This document shows, piece after piece, positions 26,301-38,342 of a stretch of DNA of 64,000 nt. A program made the position numbers and the translations under genes. This DNA is from Raillietiella orientalis (lineage: Eukaryota), in assembly GCA_036172245.1 (NCBI GenBank), contig JAYWIR010000078.1, forward strand, positions 248,001 to 312,000. The letters are read 5' to 3'. The notes beneath the pieces are model-generated. The model had not been told where the DNA came from. It worked only from the letters and a program-made list of their open reading frames with translations, and searched no databases. Each line of letters opens with the position of its first letter. The stretch's first letter is position 1.

Positions 26301-29038
26301 CATTTGTGCGGCCCCTGCCTCTTCTTAGAGCTTCACATGGAAACCTGACTTCGGTCTTCTAGTGAATGCTTTCGGTCCGTCAATTTGATCTACGAAGTTT
26401 CGAAAAGATAAGCTTTCCCAATTCACCTGACAGTTGGAAATCTTCTACAGACTCTGAGCTTTCTATCGCCAAGGACCCCCGTCCACTAGTTTCCATTCCA
26501 AGAGAACGCTCGAATTTCCTCCGCTGCCACGAATAGCTGCATTTGCTAAAAAGGTGTAGAAGAAAAACTCAGTTTGTAGCAGTGCTGGAGGCACAATCAT
26601 GCAGTCGTTAAGCAGTTTTCCAGAAAGGTTACAGTGCGGTCAATAAGGCAATGGAGTGAAGCAGCATTGGAAATGAAACTGCTTGACATTTGCTTTTCTA
26701 AAAACGAAAATATGCCAAAACGTCGGTGTTAAAAGGCATGGTTAATCTGGAGGAAATTCCAGTCTTCCCGTATTCCGAAGAGAATACGTGGATTGCTGTT
26801 CACACTGTGAGAACGTCAGACTTGGATGGTATTTTTGGAACTTAATTCGTTAAGAAAATTTCTGACTAACAGAAAAGAAGGGTACGTCTTCAGAAATGCA
26901 TTGATCATTATGGCTCTGGGTCGTTTGGGGACCGAAGACTTCGAACAGGATCAGAGGGACACAGCAGTTACATAGTAATTCAAATCAGAGCATTAGGAAT
27001 AACTTCTGGAGCAGTGCTGCAGAGCAAGCAAGAATAAGGAAAAAAAGCGAAATGTCACCACAGGAGACCATCAGGAAAGCATGCACTGAGGTACAAGGAG
27101 GAAAATAACTGAAGCGTAGCGAAATTCACCACAGAGTTGCATCAGCAGAAAACACACGGCTGTTTTTTGCGATACAAACTGGGGGGGGGAGGGTAGGGGA
27201 GAAGGGTTCTCAGAACCCTCTTTCCCCAGCCGAACCAAAATTTACGTGACTCCGCTGGACGGCTGCAACAGGTGTCTGCCCAACCATTGAAATGGGAAGG
27301 TGGTGAAAGGAAGAATAAGCATTCACCAAAAAGAGGAACGACTCTCGAAATTTCAATCAGCTACCTCCGTCCATTTTCAAGTCCCTACCACTTTGTTTCT
27401 GAAAATGAATTATTTCAAAAGACAGAGAATGATAGGGACGAAACGGGGAGATGAGTGACTTATCTGCTGAAGAATTATCGAAGACAGTTCATTAGGAACT
27501 TCGAGGACAAAAACCGAAGCCCTGAATCAGTTTCTTCAAACTGAAGGCTTGTCTTTAGGCACTTGGATTCAAAACATCATTACATCTCTACAAACATGAT
27601 GAAGATTCTTCGTTTTTATCATCGCAGCTTTCAGGAGAGGGGACTTTCGTGAGCGTCCAGCGTACTCAATAGCAGTTGCATTCTTTTCCCCTAGACTGGC
27701 TTCTGTAACACTTTTTGCTCTGGTGCGATACATCTGATAGGAATATACATGCTTTTATGACTGTTGTACCTTGAAATCTGGTTATTTGATATGTATGTAT
27801 GTATATTGGCTACCTTCTGCACCCTTTTTGTCCAGCATTGTGGATGTATTCCCTTCAATGATCTGATCCCAAACATTCTTCATCGAAATCGTGCATGTGT
27901 GCAGTTACTCTCCATAAGATGCCTTCCTCTGCCTTTTTCCTTACACCAGTGTGGGTTTTCTACACCTGGATGTATCCGTTGCGTCTGAGCAGACTGAATC
28001 AGCTGTCATTTCATGCGTTCTGCCTTTGGTTCCTCACATCTGCTCAAGCTGCAACATACTTGTCTCTCCGTCTATTTAGTGGCTTTCCTTTCTGTTTTTG
28101 GTTGTTGTTGTACAAATTTCCCATTATGTAAATGTTTCGTTTGTTTGTTTTTTAAATAGAAACTGAGACCTTGTTTCAATTTTCCTGCTAACACTTGATC
28201 TTCTTCTTTTTTTGCTCCTCATGGGAAGACTATGTTTACATCGATGGCACACAAATTTCATCCGAATGCATCTGTTTAAACACAAACAGCTCGAAAGTTA
28301 CCGTTTCGGTTTCTCTTCCTTTCCGTTGATCACAAACTTCTTGCACCGGTTTGATAACTTTATGTGCTCTTTAAAAGTACAATAATCCTTATCCACTGAT
28401 TTTGGTTGCCTACTTTTCATTATGTCTTTAATTTCAAGCGCAGTTCTCCAGGAACTGCACCCCAGACCTATTCTCCTACGGGTACCCATCTTTTTCGCAC
28501 AGAAATGTACGCCATATTCCTGTGTTTAGGCGCACTCTATGAACAAACCTCATAAGCTTGGTGGTTGATTCTTTAGCTGGAAGAGGGCAGGGCATGCTCA
28601 GTATAGGGACGAGTTTGGTGTTTTGGGAAGAAAAGCTTCTCAGAGATTCATGACCTGGTTATTTATATATGCCCTTCTTTTCCTTCCTTCCTTTTTTTTT
28701 TTTTTTTCATCAATGTCACAATGAAATTCAGTTGCAACCACAAATAACAATTATAGGTTCAAAACTGTACCGGTCCTTTTTACTAATCACTGTTTTTAAC
28801 TGGTTGGCAAACCCGGGTAAGAATCTAATCGAAGCTGCTTCACTTATCTTGTAACACAAGTCCAGCCTATTCTAAATGTTTGTATCACATCCCATTTGGA
28901 CGAAATTTCAAAGTATTTCTCGTGCATCGATTTGTGTGTATGTGTTTCATGCCGATATGTTGTACATGCAAACATTGCTCCAGAAAATTAAGAACTGACA
29001 TTGGCTTCTTCGATTCTGTATCATTGTATATATTCCGA

Positions 29039-29103
29039 AATATTGCCCGTTTTCCGAACACATGAAGAATCGACATTTACGTGTTCGGAAAACGGGCAAT
29101 ATT
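29039..29103. repeat. perfect 23-bp inverted repeat with 19-nt spacer (65-nt hairpin)
   Basis: AATATTGCCCGTTTTCCGAACAC (29039-29061) / GTGTTCGGAAAACGGGCAATATT (29081-29103). Confidence 0.9.
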
Positions 29104-30053
29104 GCAAAGATCGGTAAATAAAACTTGTGCCCACGCAGTTTTGATAAACCACTCTTTTTTAAATGTCGTATCCCTATCTCGATAAGTCAAATGAAGTGTT
29201 ACCACTGCACAAGGCAGAACCAGGCCAGGAAGAGTTCGGGTTGCTCTTTTCAAACTTGGGGAGGATGGCTAGAGAAGGGGGGAAAAAAAACAAGCATAAT
29301 ACTTCAAAATAAAATGTGGATTCGATGCGGGGTGCACTGCAAACCTGAATTCTCAACTACCCTTGGTTTCATAAATCTCGACGCGCCTTGGGCATGCAGG
29401 ATTTACTGTGATTAAAGTGTTGCCAACAGCGTCATTAATAAGCTTGTTTGCCACAGGTTCCTTGATAGAAAGCTACTTTTTGTTCGCCAAATGACTCGCT
29501 GAATAGAGCCAGATTTTTTTTTATAGATGACCGATGATTTATTGACTGCAGTAAATAAACTGATAACGAACTTACATGAATTTTCGAACAGTGAATATAG
29601 AAAATACCATAGAATGAGTAAAATTCAACATTTCTGTTGGCAAGCCGAAAGTTTGCAGGAGCCAGAACGCAAGAAAGTCTTTGTGGAATTTGTCTTGAGG
29701 CTGCTTCCTTGTTATCTCAAATTGATGTCATGGAAACTCGAATCTGATGTTCCTGCTGAACTGATTCAGCTGAAAGGAAAAAGAAAAAAAAAAAAATTTT
29801 ATTGCACAGTTTACAATTCGATCGCCCTTTGTTTTTTTTGTAGCGGTGCCTCCCTAATCAATAGCTATGGATTTAAACTTTAAGCAATCACCCGGTCAAC
29901 TCAAAAAGTTAACCCTGCAATTACTTAAAGTTTCTCATATTATGATAAAAATAGTTCATAGTGGCGCTTGATAGAAGAGCGGTTAACAAATGGGTGGGAC
30001 TTGCGAGTAGTTACTCATTCGGATGCTTCACCTACACGTTAAGAGATGTTTCC

Positions 30054-30368
30054 ATTATGCAATCGTTATGCTAGTAATTAGCAATTAGCCTACTTAGAGT
30101 ACATTGCTCAGCCTTGGATTCATGCTATTCGGAAAAAGCATTTTCTGGTGATATCATGATACCGATCACTCTTTTCCTGTTGCAGTCTTAACATCCAGGG
30201 TTTTTCCAGCTCCTATGGACCAGGCTGACATTCTTCATACCAAAGCGTTTGGTGTATCTCACTTTACTCAAGCAGGGCTGTTTCCAAACAGGTGTCTCAA
30301 GAGTCCAAGGCTACGCAAAGTACGCTAAGTAGGCTATTTGCTGATTACTAGCATAATGATTGCATAAT
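30054..30368. mobile_element. MITE-like element with ~68-bp terminal inverted repeats
   Basis: Left ATTATGCAATCGTTATGCTAGTAATTAGCAATTAGCCTACTTAG...GCCTTGGATTC is the reverse complement of 30301-30368 apart from a handful of mismatches. The interior is non-coding. Confidence 0.75.
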
Positions 30369-31600
30369 TCGTGAGCCATATGAGCCTCGCGAAAGATCTG
30401 CCTCGGTCCCAGTACTGGGACGAGAAACATCTCGAGACCCTAGAACTTTCCGGTTTCGTTGCTCGAGAGTGTCCCAGAATCCTTTTCCTTTGCATCATTC
30501 CTTCTGGACATGTGCAAAGGGAACCTCAGTTTTCGAGTAGAGGATGCCAACTCTTGCACAGTCCGATAAGGAAAGGCAGCCGTGGGAGAGGACGTGTCTG
30601 TCCATTCGCACATCCAATTCGCGAAACAGCCAGTTGAGCTCTCTGGACAACTGCGTGAAGAGATTCATGAAGGTTTTCCGAATGTTCCTCCCTTCCTGGC
30701 GGTACTGTTCACAAAGAGACAACGAATTCGGCACAGAAAAGGCCTCTCTGAGAAGCCCCACGCTCAGAAAGAACCCAGTGCTCATACGCCACCGCTTCCC
30801 TACCTTCCCCCTCTTGCCCTTGAAGCACAAATCAGTTGTGGTAACCCTTTCGAAACCTCTGGCCCTGTTCCCTTTCATCTTCGATCCTTACTCTTTGAGG
30901 TCGAGTTGTTTCATGGAGCTCTTTCTGAGTACACGAACTTTCCAAATCTAGCCACGGATGGGGATGTTTGCTGCTCGGATCTGCTAGGGATCTCCAAGGC
31001 GAAAGAACTATGAGGTTGATCAGCGCGATCATTAATACCGAATTCCCCCTCCTTGTGAAGGCAGCATTGCCTCTGTCTTCTGCAGATCAAGAAGGACGAA
31101 CGTGCCTTTTGCACACTTCGAAGCTCAGAAAAAGGGCTCTGCGACGTCCTCCGGTTGTAAGAAGAAATACGAGGAAACTCCATTCCACATACTCGTCTTG
31201 CGGCGAGCACTCTTCTCGTGAGATCTGGAGTCGGACCATTTCCTCGGTCTCTGTTTCCCTGTTCCTTCCAAACGTGCGCGTTGAGATCCGTCAATTGAGA
31301 TCATTTTGATATCCCTCGCTCGATCGATTCCAATGCTTTGCAGGCGTTAAGCCAAAAACTACAGGGAAATTAAAACCCGGTTTAGCACGTACCTGACTCG
31401 TCCAAGGCGGAGTCGCAGGTCAAATCAGACACGCGGCGACAGCAAGTGAAAACGTCTTGAAGCTGCTGACGCCTCTACGTCGCCAAGTCGACCACGAACA
31501 AAAGGCATCAGCTTCGGTGTTTCGAAAAGGATTCCCATACTGTCTCGCAATAGGCGGAAGTAGGCTTCTCCCCATGTTCCCGCTCGTCCCCAAAGAAACA

Positions 31601-31748
31601 GAGCGTTGGAGGGCACGGGGCAATTGCCTCCTCGAGTGGCACCCAGCGCTGCGGGTTCGAGTCCCTCCCGTGAAGGATCGACAGCGAGGGTTCGGAGTCT
31701 CACGCGCAAGATGACGCTGGTTGACCCGTATTCGGGGGCAGCACTGGT
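31601..31748 (+). mobile_element. tRNA-derived SINE, 5' part (copy B); resumes briefly at 32291-32311 after the LINE insert
   Basis: B-box GGGTTCGAGTCCC at 31653-31665, followed by GGATCGAC...CAAGATGACGCTG...GCACTGGT shared with 43953-44137 and 60795-60968. Confidence 0.65.
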
Positions 31749-32290
31749 TGGCATTCGGTCACACCGGGCATTTATTTATAAAATACACGTCTGCGGCAGG
31801 ACGTTTGATCCTGCCACGTTACTTATAACTACGAGGGGGAACCTGCCGGGAACTGGCACGCGGGTCAGCGGGGTTGGCTTTCTCATCACAAGGGAAGGGG
31901 AGACAAACAGAAAGATAAAATGAAACGAAAAGCATGCAGTCAAAAAAATGGGGGATCCGAGAAGGAATCCCTGTATGCTGAACTATGTCCTCTGCATCCT
32001 TGTAAGGATGCCGACAAGTTCCCAGATAGGGTCATCTTGACGTCATCCTCATGAAGAGGACATCAAAATAGATGGCGTCCCTGTCGTCCTGGCCTCTGGC
32101 GTTGCTCCATGAAGCCCCACGGTCCTGCCGCGTGGGCAGCAAAGTGCTGCTAGGGATGCGGCCAGCGTGAGAACGTCGCGTAGGAAGAGGCGCTTTCAAA
32201 CGGCTCTGGTGTTACCACCGGGGGTTCCAAGGGTCTCGGCAAAGCATACCCGAAGGGGTAGGAAGAGAACACAGCCCACTAGGAGGTGCG
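31749..32290 (-). mobile_element. L1/Tx1-clade LINE 3' end, 5'-truncated (copy B)
   Basis: Homologous to copies A and C. Contains PHLLVGC...LRVCFAETLGTPGG, the 3'UTR stem-loop (31793-31817) and AATAAA (31771-31776). Flanked by the direct repeat GCACTGGT (31741-31748, 32291-32298). Confidence 0.75.
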
Positions 32291-32311
32291 GCACTGGTGG
32301 AAGTCGGAAAC

Positions 32312-32353
32312 CCTCGACTGCGGCATTGAGCAAGGGCAATGCCGCAGTCGAGG
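32312..32353. repeat. perfect 17-bp inverted repeat, 8-nt loop
   Basis: CCTCGACTGCGGCATTG-AGCAAGGG-CAATGCCGCAGTCGAGG. Confidence 0.9.
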
Positions 32354-35300
32354 ACGGAAACGGAGGAGCGATCGTTGCTAGATGAAAACTCAGTTCCCAA
32401 AGCAATAGAGCGTCACCCACTTCACCGGAAAAGAAGCTCTCGTGCAAACAACGCGTCCTCTTTGCGGTTGAGCTTTCTTTCTTTCTTCACGAGCTGCTGT
32501 TGGTGGCATCTCTGGCGCGTACCACCTTAGTTTCGTGATAATGCATGCTGCTCAGCGTCGCAAGCACTTTTTACGACATCGCAACCCGAAATCGCCGCCA
32601 TGGATGGTGAATTTATTATGATGGAGGCCGTTTCGGACGCAAAATAAAAGTAAAAAAAAAAAAAAAAAACTGCAGTCTCTTGGCGCACGCAAAAAACATC
32701 GGGAATAAGAAGGGAAGAACCTTCATTTTAATTTTAAATGATAGCAGACACAAAAAAACTGCAACGTTGCCATGGCACTGAATACCGAAAAGGCACGTCA
32801 CCGCCCTTACTCATTCCCTGCACAAAAGACTCCTGTGAACACACATACGGGATGGAAGCGACAGGTACGTTTGCGTGCGTGCGGGTCTGCGAACGTGGAT
32901 CCACTCGCTGGGTCCACATCGACCTTCCTTTGGAAGCAAGAACCTGAGAATCTTCACAAGGGTATTAATGGGAGCAGGGAGGAGGAGTCTTGGAAGTCTG
33001 GAGACGGAATGCCTTGGCTCTTCGCTTCTCAGCCAAGAATTCATCGAGTATTCCATGAGTTTCCATAGCCGACTCCAAGCACTCTCCTCTGGCACGACGC
33101 GTCTTGAGTGTCGAAGACTCCTGCCACATCCGCATTTTTCCTCACTCTGCATCCCGTTCTCCAGCCACCTGAATCCCCCAACCCTTGCGCTTCTTTTTGT
33201 TAAAGGCGGGATCTCAGGGTTCCATCAAATTCGCTGCGTAGAGGAAACGCCCCGTGCTGTCTAAATATCGGTGCAGAAATGGGCGGCTGGAATCCACGGC
33301 CGCAGCAGAAGTGCACGGAAGGGCATCCCTGAAGCTACTGTCTGGTTTTCGGGAAGCTTCAAGTTCAGGGCAGTGCTTAAGAGGATAGGTTTCGCATCCC
33401 CAGATTGCTCCAGTGCGATCCTGTTTGAAATTCCAAGGGAACAAAAGGAAATCCGTTTTTTTCACGATGATGGCACTGACCAACTTCGTAAGATAAGCAA
33501 ATCGAGCAGACCCGGGACCCCGACACGTCCCTCTCGATGGAACAAACCAGCCTTGTTTATGTGTCAGGACACGACGTAGGCATTTTGGAACCCCGTCGCG
33601 AAGAGATAAGAGGAGTTGGTGACGAGATTCCTTACTACGAGAACGCCACCAAAAAGTGGAAGGAACGGATCCGTGTTCTCAGTCGTGGTGGCCTCTTCTC
33701 CTTTCCTCAAGAACTCTCCCACCCCGACGTGGTACGCCTTAGAAAAACCGTGCCTTGACTTGGCTTCGACTGCAGAAACACCGGTGGAAACACGCGTTCC
33801 GCATGCCGCCTTGCGTGTGCTTGGGATCTTAGCAAGACGTGGCATGATGCCTGGAAGAGGGCGATCCCTCACTTTTCCTCGCAAGTTCTCGTTCCCATCT
33901 TAGTTGGTCCTCCTGCACACAATTCCTTTGGTTCCCACCATCAGCTTTCGCTAACATTGGTCGCTCCTATCACCACAACACCTCCGGCACGTTTGACGCT
34001 TCAAAGTGTCCGAAAGCGATATTTGAGGAGAGGAGGCTGCTTTGGCGTGCGTCACTTTTCCCGTTTCGCTGGATACGCTGCTCTCGTGAGACTGCAGCTG
34101 CAGCTTACAGACGAGTGCGATCACTCTGGCAATGCGCACGTTGCAGCACTGGAACGCGAAGCGCCAGGAAGAGGGGAAGCAGTACACTGGAAAACCGTAG
34201 ACATCAGGGCATCCAGAACATGTCACGTTTTCTAGGCAAGTCGAAGAATACCATTTGTGGGTGATACAGTGTTCACCAATCCACAAAACGTCTTGAATAC
34301 TAAATGATGCTTTAGTGGTCCTTAATTGTATGTATCCCGGAAATCACAGATGTGGCTCACTAACCAGATAAATAGCTGCAAGTGCCCTTCCCTTAATGAT
34401 TTCAAAAGGATCGCAAGTCCCGTCAGCATAAGCTTGTTTTAGTCAGGAGCAAGGTAATCTTCAGGAGTTCCAACAGCAAAACAACAACAGTAAGCAGCTT
34501 TTCATTTTACAACATTCTGTCTTTTCTAATAAGACAGGGCTGTTCCTGAAATCAATAAAGGAATAAATTCGTAAAGCAATTTCGTGTTCTGCAAGTACTT
34601 TTTCGTTTGCAGCCAGCTGTTAGGGAGGCAAATAAACACCACGCAGTGCCTCCTTGTTGTTAGTTTTCACCACGATATCGGGACCTTTCGTCCTGAAAAC
34701 AGGACAAAATAATGCTGTCATAAAATAGGTATATGCTAAAGATATCCTTAGTCCATGTATCTAAAGGGTGCCCTGCACCCACGAGTCACTTCCTTTGGAA
34801 CCTAACGATGAGTCACAATCCTATGGTCGCAAATCAACCCAGAGGTGTCTGCTGAGTGATTCGTCTGCACAGGCGTCACAAGAGGTCCTTGTAGAATCCT
34901 GGATGTTTGCTAACGAGTGCCCAGACGAAAGAGGTTCATTCACAAAAACCACACGTCAGAGGGCAACGCTACCTGGAGCGAAAATCGGTGATTCGAGGAA
35001 ATTTAGAAACTTTCTATCCCATTTCCACGACAAGTTCAAGACTGATAGATAGCAAACCACGAAACGAAAGACCTGCAAGTCTTTAATCAACGAAGAGCGT
35101 TGTTAAGTCCGCGGCTGTCTCCCGAGGAAATGATTGCAGTTGGGTCCATTTCAAAATGCGGTCTCTTCCATAGAAAATAGACGTTGAATTTTAATCTGTG
35201 AATCGAATTATCAACTACGGACCATCGCTCGCTGAATGAAGGAATGGGTGGGGCAAGATTTCCTCATATCCCCAGCCCCAGTCTGAGAGGAGAGATTCTT

Positions 35301-36757
35301 GCAGGATTTTCCTAGCATGCACCATCCCAAATTTGAGTGATCATGCAAAGAATAGTCTCATTAACCCGCTGCCATTATTTATAAATCGATCCATATTCGG
35401 CAAATTGATCGGAATGTTTTTAGAGTTGACGGGAAATGATTTTTGTTGTTCGATCTCTGCATGGACTTCAATAGAAGATCATGCAGGAGATTTCAATTTC
35501 AAATCCGGAACGTGCATGCCTGCCACGGAGGGGGAGCTTTCTTCTTCCATAATTTTCCTTGCACCTGCCACACGCGGAAAGGACAGTTAAAAAAAAAAAA
35601 AAATATGCTATCGCACATGCACGGTTTCTTTGCGTCATTTTCGAAATTTGTTTGCCTATTTCGTGTGAGGAGGTTACTTGAAATGTCTCGCAAAGGGAAG
35701 AAGAATAGTGCTCGTCTGATTATCACATCTGGAGTGCGGCTCAACAGAAAATCTCTCCACCAATTGATTCGCGTGAAGTCGCCTCTCCAGATGCTCCTGA
35801 AAATACCTGCATGCTTCCAGATTCACGAGATCCGGTCTAGTCTTCATTTACCAGCTCTTTCGTATTTGCCTCCATGTGATTCTTCCCTGCCTCTCATCGA
35901 GACTGATGAGTCCACAAAAGAAAAATGCAAACAGTCAGCGAGATCAATGCATTGCTGGTAGAAAACGCTATCTCTCCGCCCATTGCAAAACTGGAATTAA
36001 GAAAATTGTGGAATTTGAAACTCTCGGCTTCCTGAAAGCTGTCATGTTCCATATTGGGATGTCTTCGGTACCCATGGAATGGTAACCTGAGATCTCGATG
36101 CTCAGGTTCCTGATGCTGCTGACATGCTGTACCTGTACGCAGGCGAGAGGGAGAAGCCAATGCAGGAGGGATGCAATCTTTTCATAATGCACGTATCTCT
36201 GGTACAAGGCACCATCCGACTCCCAAATCAGTTATTGTCATCAGCTGCTCACTGTGTCCGGAATCGAGTTTTCAGAAGAGACTCCCTCTTGCCTGGAATC
36301 GCAAGAGAACTTTCTCAGAAACAAGTACACACGGCGTGAGCGACGACCCAGCCCAAGCCCAAGAAAAGTAGGCACACTTCGAGAAAGGCAAGCCTAGGGA
36401 AAGAGTCGCGGGCCATGATGATCGCTGGATGATCAGATGATTCGGATGACTCTGACTTCATTAAGCATGTTGCTGTTCTTGTTGCTACTGTGTTATCGCT
36501 GTTGCCGCTGCTTCCGTTATTGCCAATAATAACTGTTGCTGTCGTTGCCGTTATTTATGCTCTCGATTGTCCGTCCGCCGATCTCAGCGAAACTCGAATG
36601 TCTCTCGAGACAAACGCCGCGTTCCGCAGCGATGACCAGCGAGCGCATGCAGCCCCGCGGTCACCGGTCGAACGAAGAACGTGCTTTCATTCTTGAACAT
36701 GTCATTTTTTTTCGCCCGCCGCCAGTGGTCCTCTTTGTAACGTTCCAGTACTTTCAG

Positions 36758-38342
36758 ATGTCAGCAGTTTGCTTTGTTTGCAACTTGCCGATTTTGAATC
36801 ATCAGGTCAGCCTTGTGTGGCAAGGAGGAAATGGGATAGACGAGATCATGCAGATTGTGGCCAACAACAGGCGGCGCGCGTCGGCGGATGTCACCGTGGT
36901 GCAGACGCAGAGGGAGTCGGGAGCCCAGATCTCCCCGTGCTTCCCTCAAGAAGCCCACGAAACCTCGCCGCCCATATCCAGGAGACGCCAGAGCTCTCTT
37001 GCTCAGCTGACTGACCTGATTCGAGACTGGGGGCTGGTCAATCGAGAAAAGGACAGCTCCAGTAAAAAAGACGGCGGCCCGGTGCTGTCCCGCAATGAGA
37101 CGCTCGCAGATCTCACGAAGAAAGATGCCAGGAGGGAAACTTCCCTGCTTGAAAACATCCCCGACAAATTCAAAAGGCTCGGCAACTCTTCAAACGCGAA
37201 ATCAAGACGCAAGGCGAGGTCAGACTCCAAAGCCGACATCTCCAGAGCGCTGTTTCGGAAAGATTTTGCCGACCTGAGGCAAGGAGGACCAGAGACAACC
37301 AAAAAGCTAAAGATGGATTCCACCACTCAAGTGTATTACAAGGCCCGCCAGGACATGATTTCCAGCTACCCCGACGAGTACAGCGTCTTCAAGGAGCAAA
37401 AGATAAAGGAGAAGAACAGCTCCAAACCTACCATTGCTATCAGCAAAATTTCTCACAAGCAACTCAAGAGACAAGATGCAGCCACTGAAGAATTTTCGGC
37501 TAACTACTCAGATGGCAACAGGCATGCGTATTATCCTCAAGCACCCGCAGAGAGAGCCAAGAACCCTCCCACAGATCAGCCCAAAGTCAGCATCCCCATA
37601 TATCTAACGTGCGAGACAGGGAACAGTGAACTCAAAGTGTCAGTAGAAGGGAACTCGACGAGGCAAAATATTCCAGAGTTAAAATACCCCCTCCGGGAAG
37701 AGAAAGAGGATGGAGAAAGTCGAGGAGCAGAGGCGTATCCCAACAACGATACGAATCCAACCGAAGAGTTCGGTGCTCCTAAAGCAGCAATGCTCAAGGC
37801 GAGTGTAGCAAAAGATGCTGCTGCTACTACGAGAGATTCCAAAGCCAGACGACTGTACGACATGTCCAACCGAAGGAAATCATCAAAATCTCCGTTATCC
37901 TTTGATTTTTCCGAAGAAAAAAGGTCTGTTTCAACTGAAACTTCCACTACAAGCACTGAAATCACGTGCTTGAGTGAAAAAACAGGCCATCTGAAACAAA
38001 GCTCGGATGATCTGTTCAAAGATAAGTCGGTGAGGAAACCCCCAAGAAACAGATCTGATACTTCGTCATCGTGTAGTTCAAGAGATACTTCGCCTCTACC
38101 ACAGTTGCCATTACTAAGACAGAGTACAACGGAAGAAATCTTGATTGCCAGAGGATTTCGCAGGCAAAGCACAACAGAAGACATCATGCGCGCTAGAAAT
38201 TTCAGACGTCAGTCTGTACAAGACAGTGAAATATCGAGGACAAGGGAACGAGTGGATTCCATGGTTCAGATTACGGATGGCACAACAGGCACCATGACCG
38301 TGGAAACCATGAATTTCGCCGTCGACACTGCCACCCAGACAG
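36758..38342 (+). CDS. rad: radish-like RapGAP protein, first visible coding exon (N-terminal CxxC and long region rich in RRxS motifs)
   Basis: Lies within the 633-aa ORF. tttcag|ATG start MSAVCFVCNLPILNHQVSLVWQGGNG; LLRQSTTEEILIARGFRRQSTTED...; donor G|gtgagt after 38342 (phase 1) matches the next exon. Confidence 0.85.

Larger units (their letters stand above)
30400..34100 (-). pseudogene. degraded NACHT-like locus 3, interrupted by the SINE/LINE composite at 31601-32353
   Basis: Remnants VCSIE..SG / GPGSARFAYLTKL (Walker A region, ~33500), VFDTQ...ILG (~33050) and RKSSMKQ ... GFFLSVGLL (~30760-30920). Motif level only. Confidence 0.3.

Noticed and set aside
25300..27200. Possible old transposon coding relics
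   Set aside because: No identifiable motif in any frame.
16800..34100. Endogenous viral elements
   Set aside because: No RdRp, capsid or nucleoprotein motifs recognised; the motif order fits NACHT better, although that call is itself tentative.
36536..36757. 5' extension of the 633-aa ORF
   Set aside because: It lies upstream of a pyrimidine tract and cag| acceptor directly before ATG; likely intronic. The tail 38343-38437 follows a consensus donor and is likewise intronic.
36800..36810. Internal donor CAG|GTCAGC that might rebuild a compact LIM domain
   Set aside because: It is phase 0, incompatible with the phase-1 acceptor at 54334.
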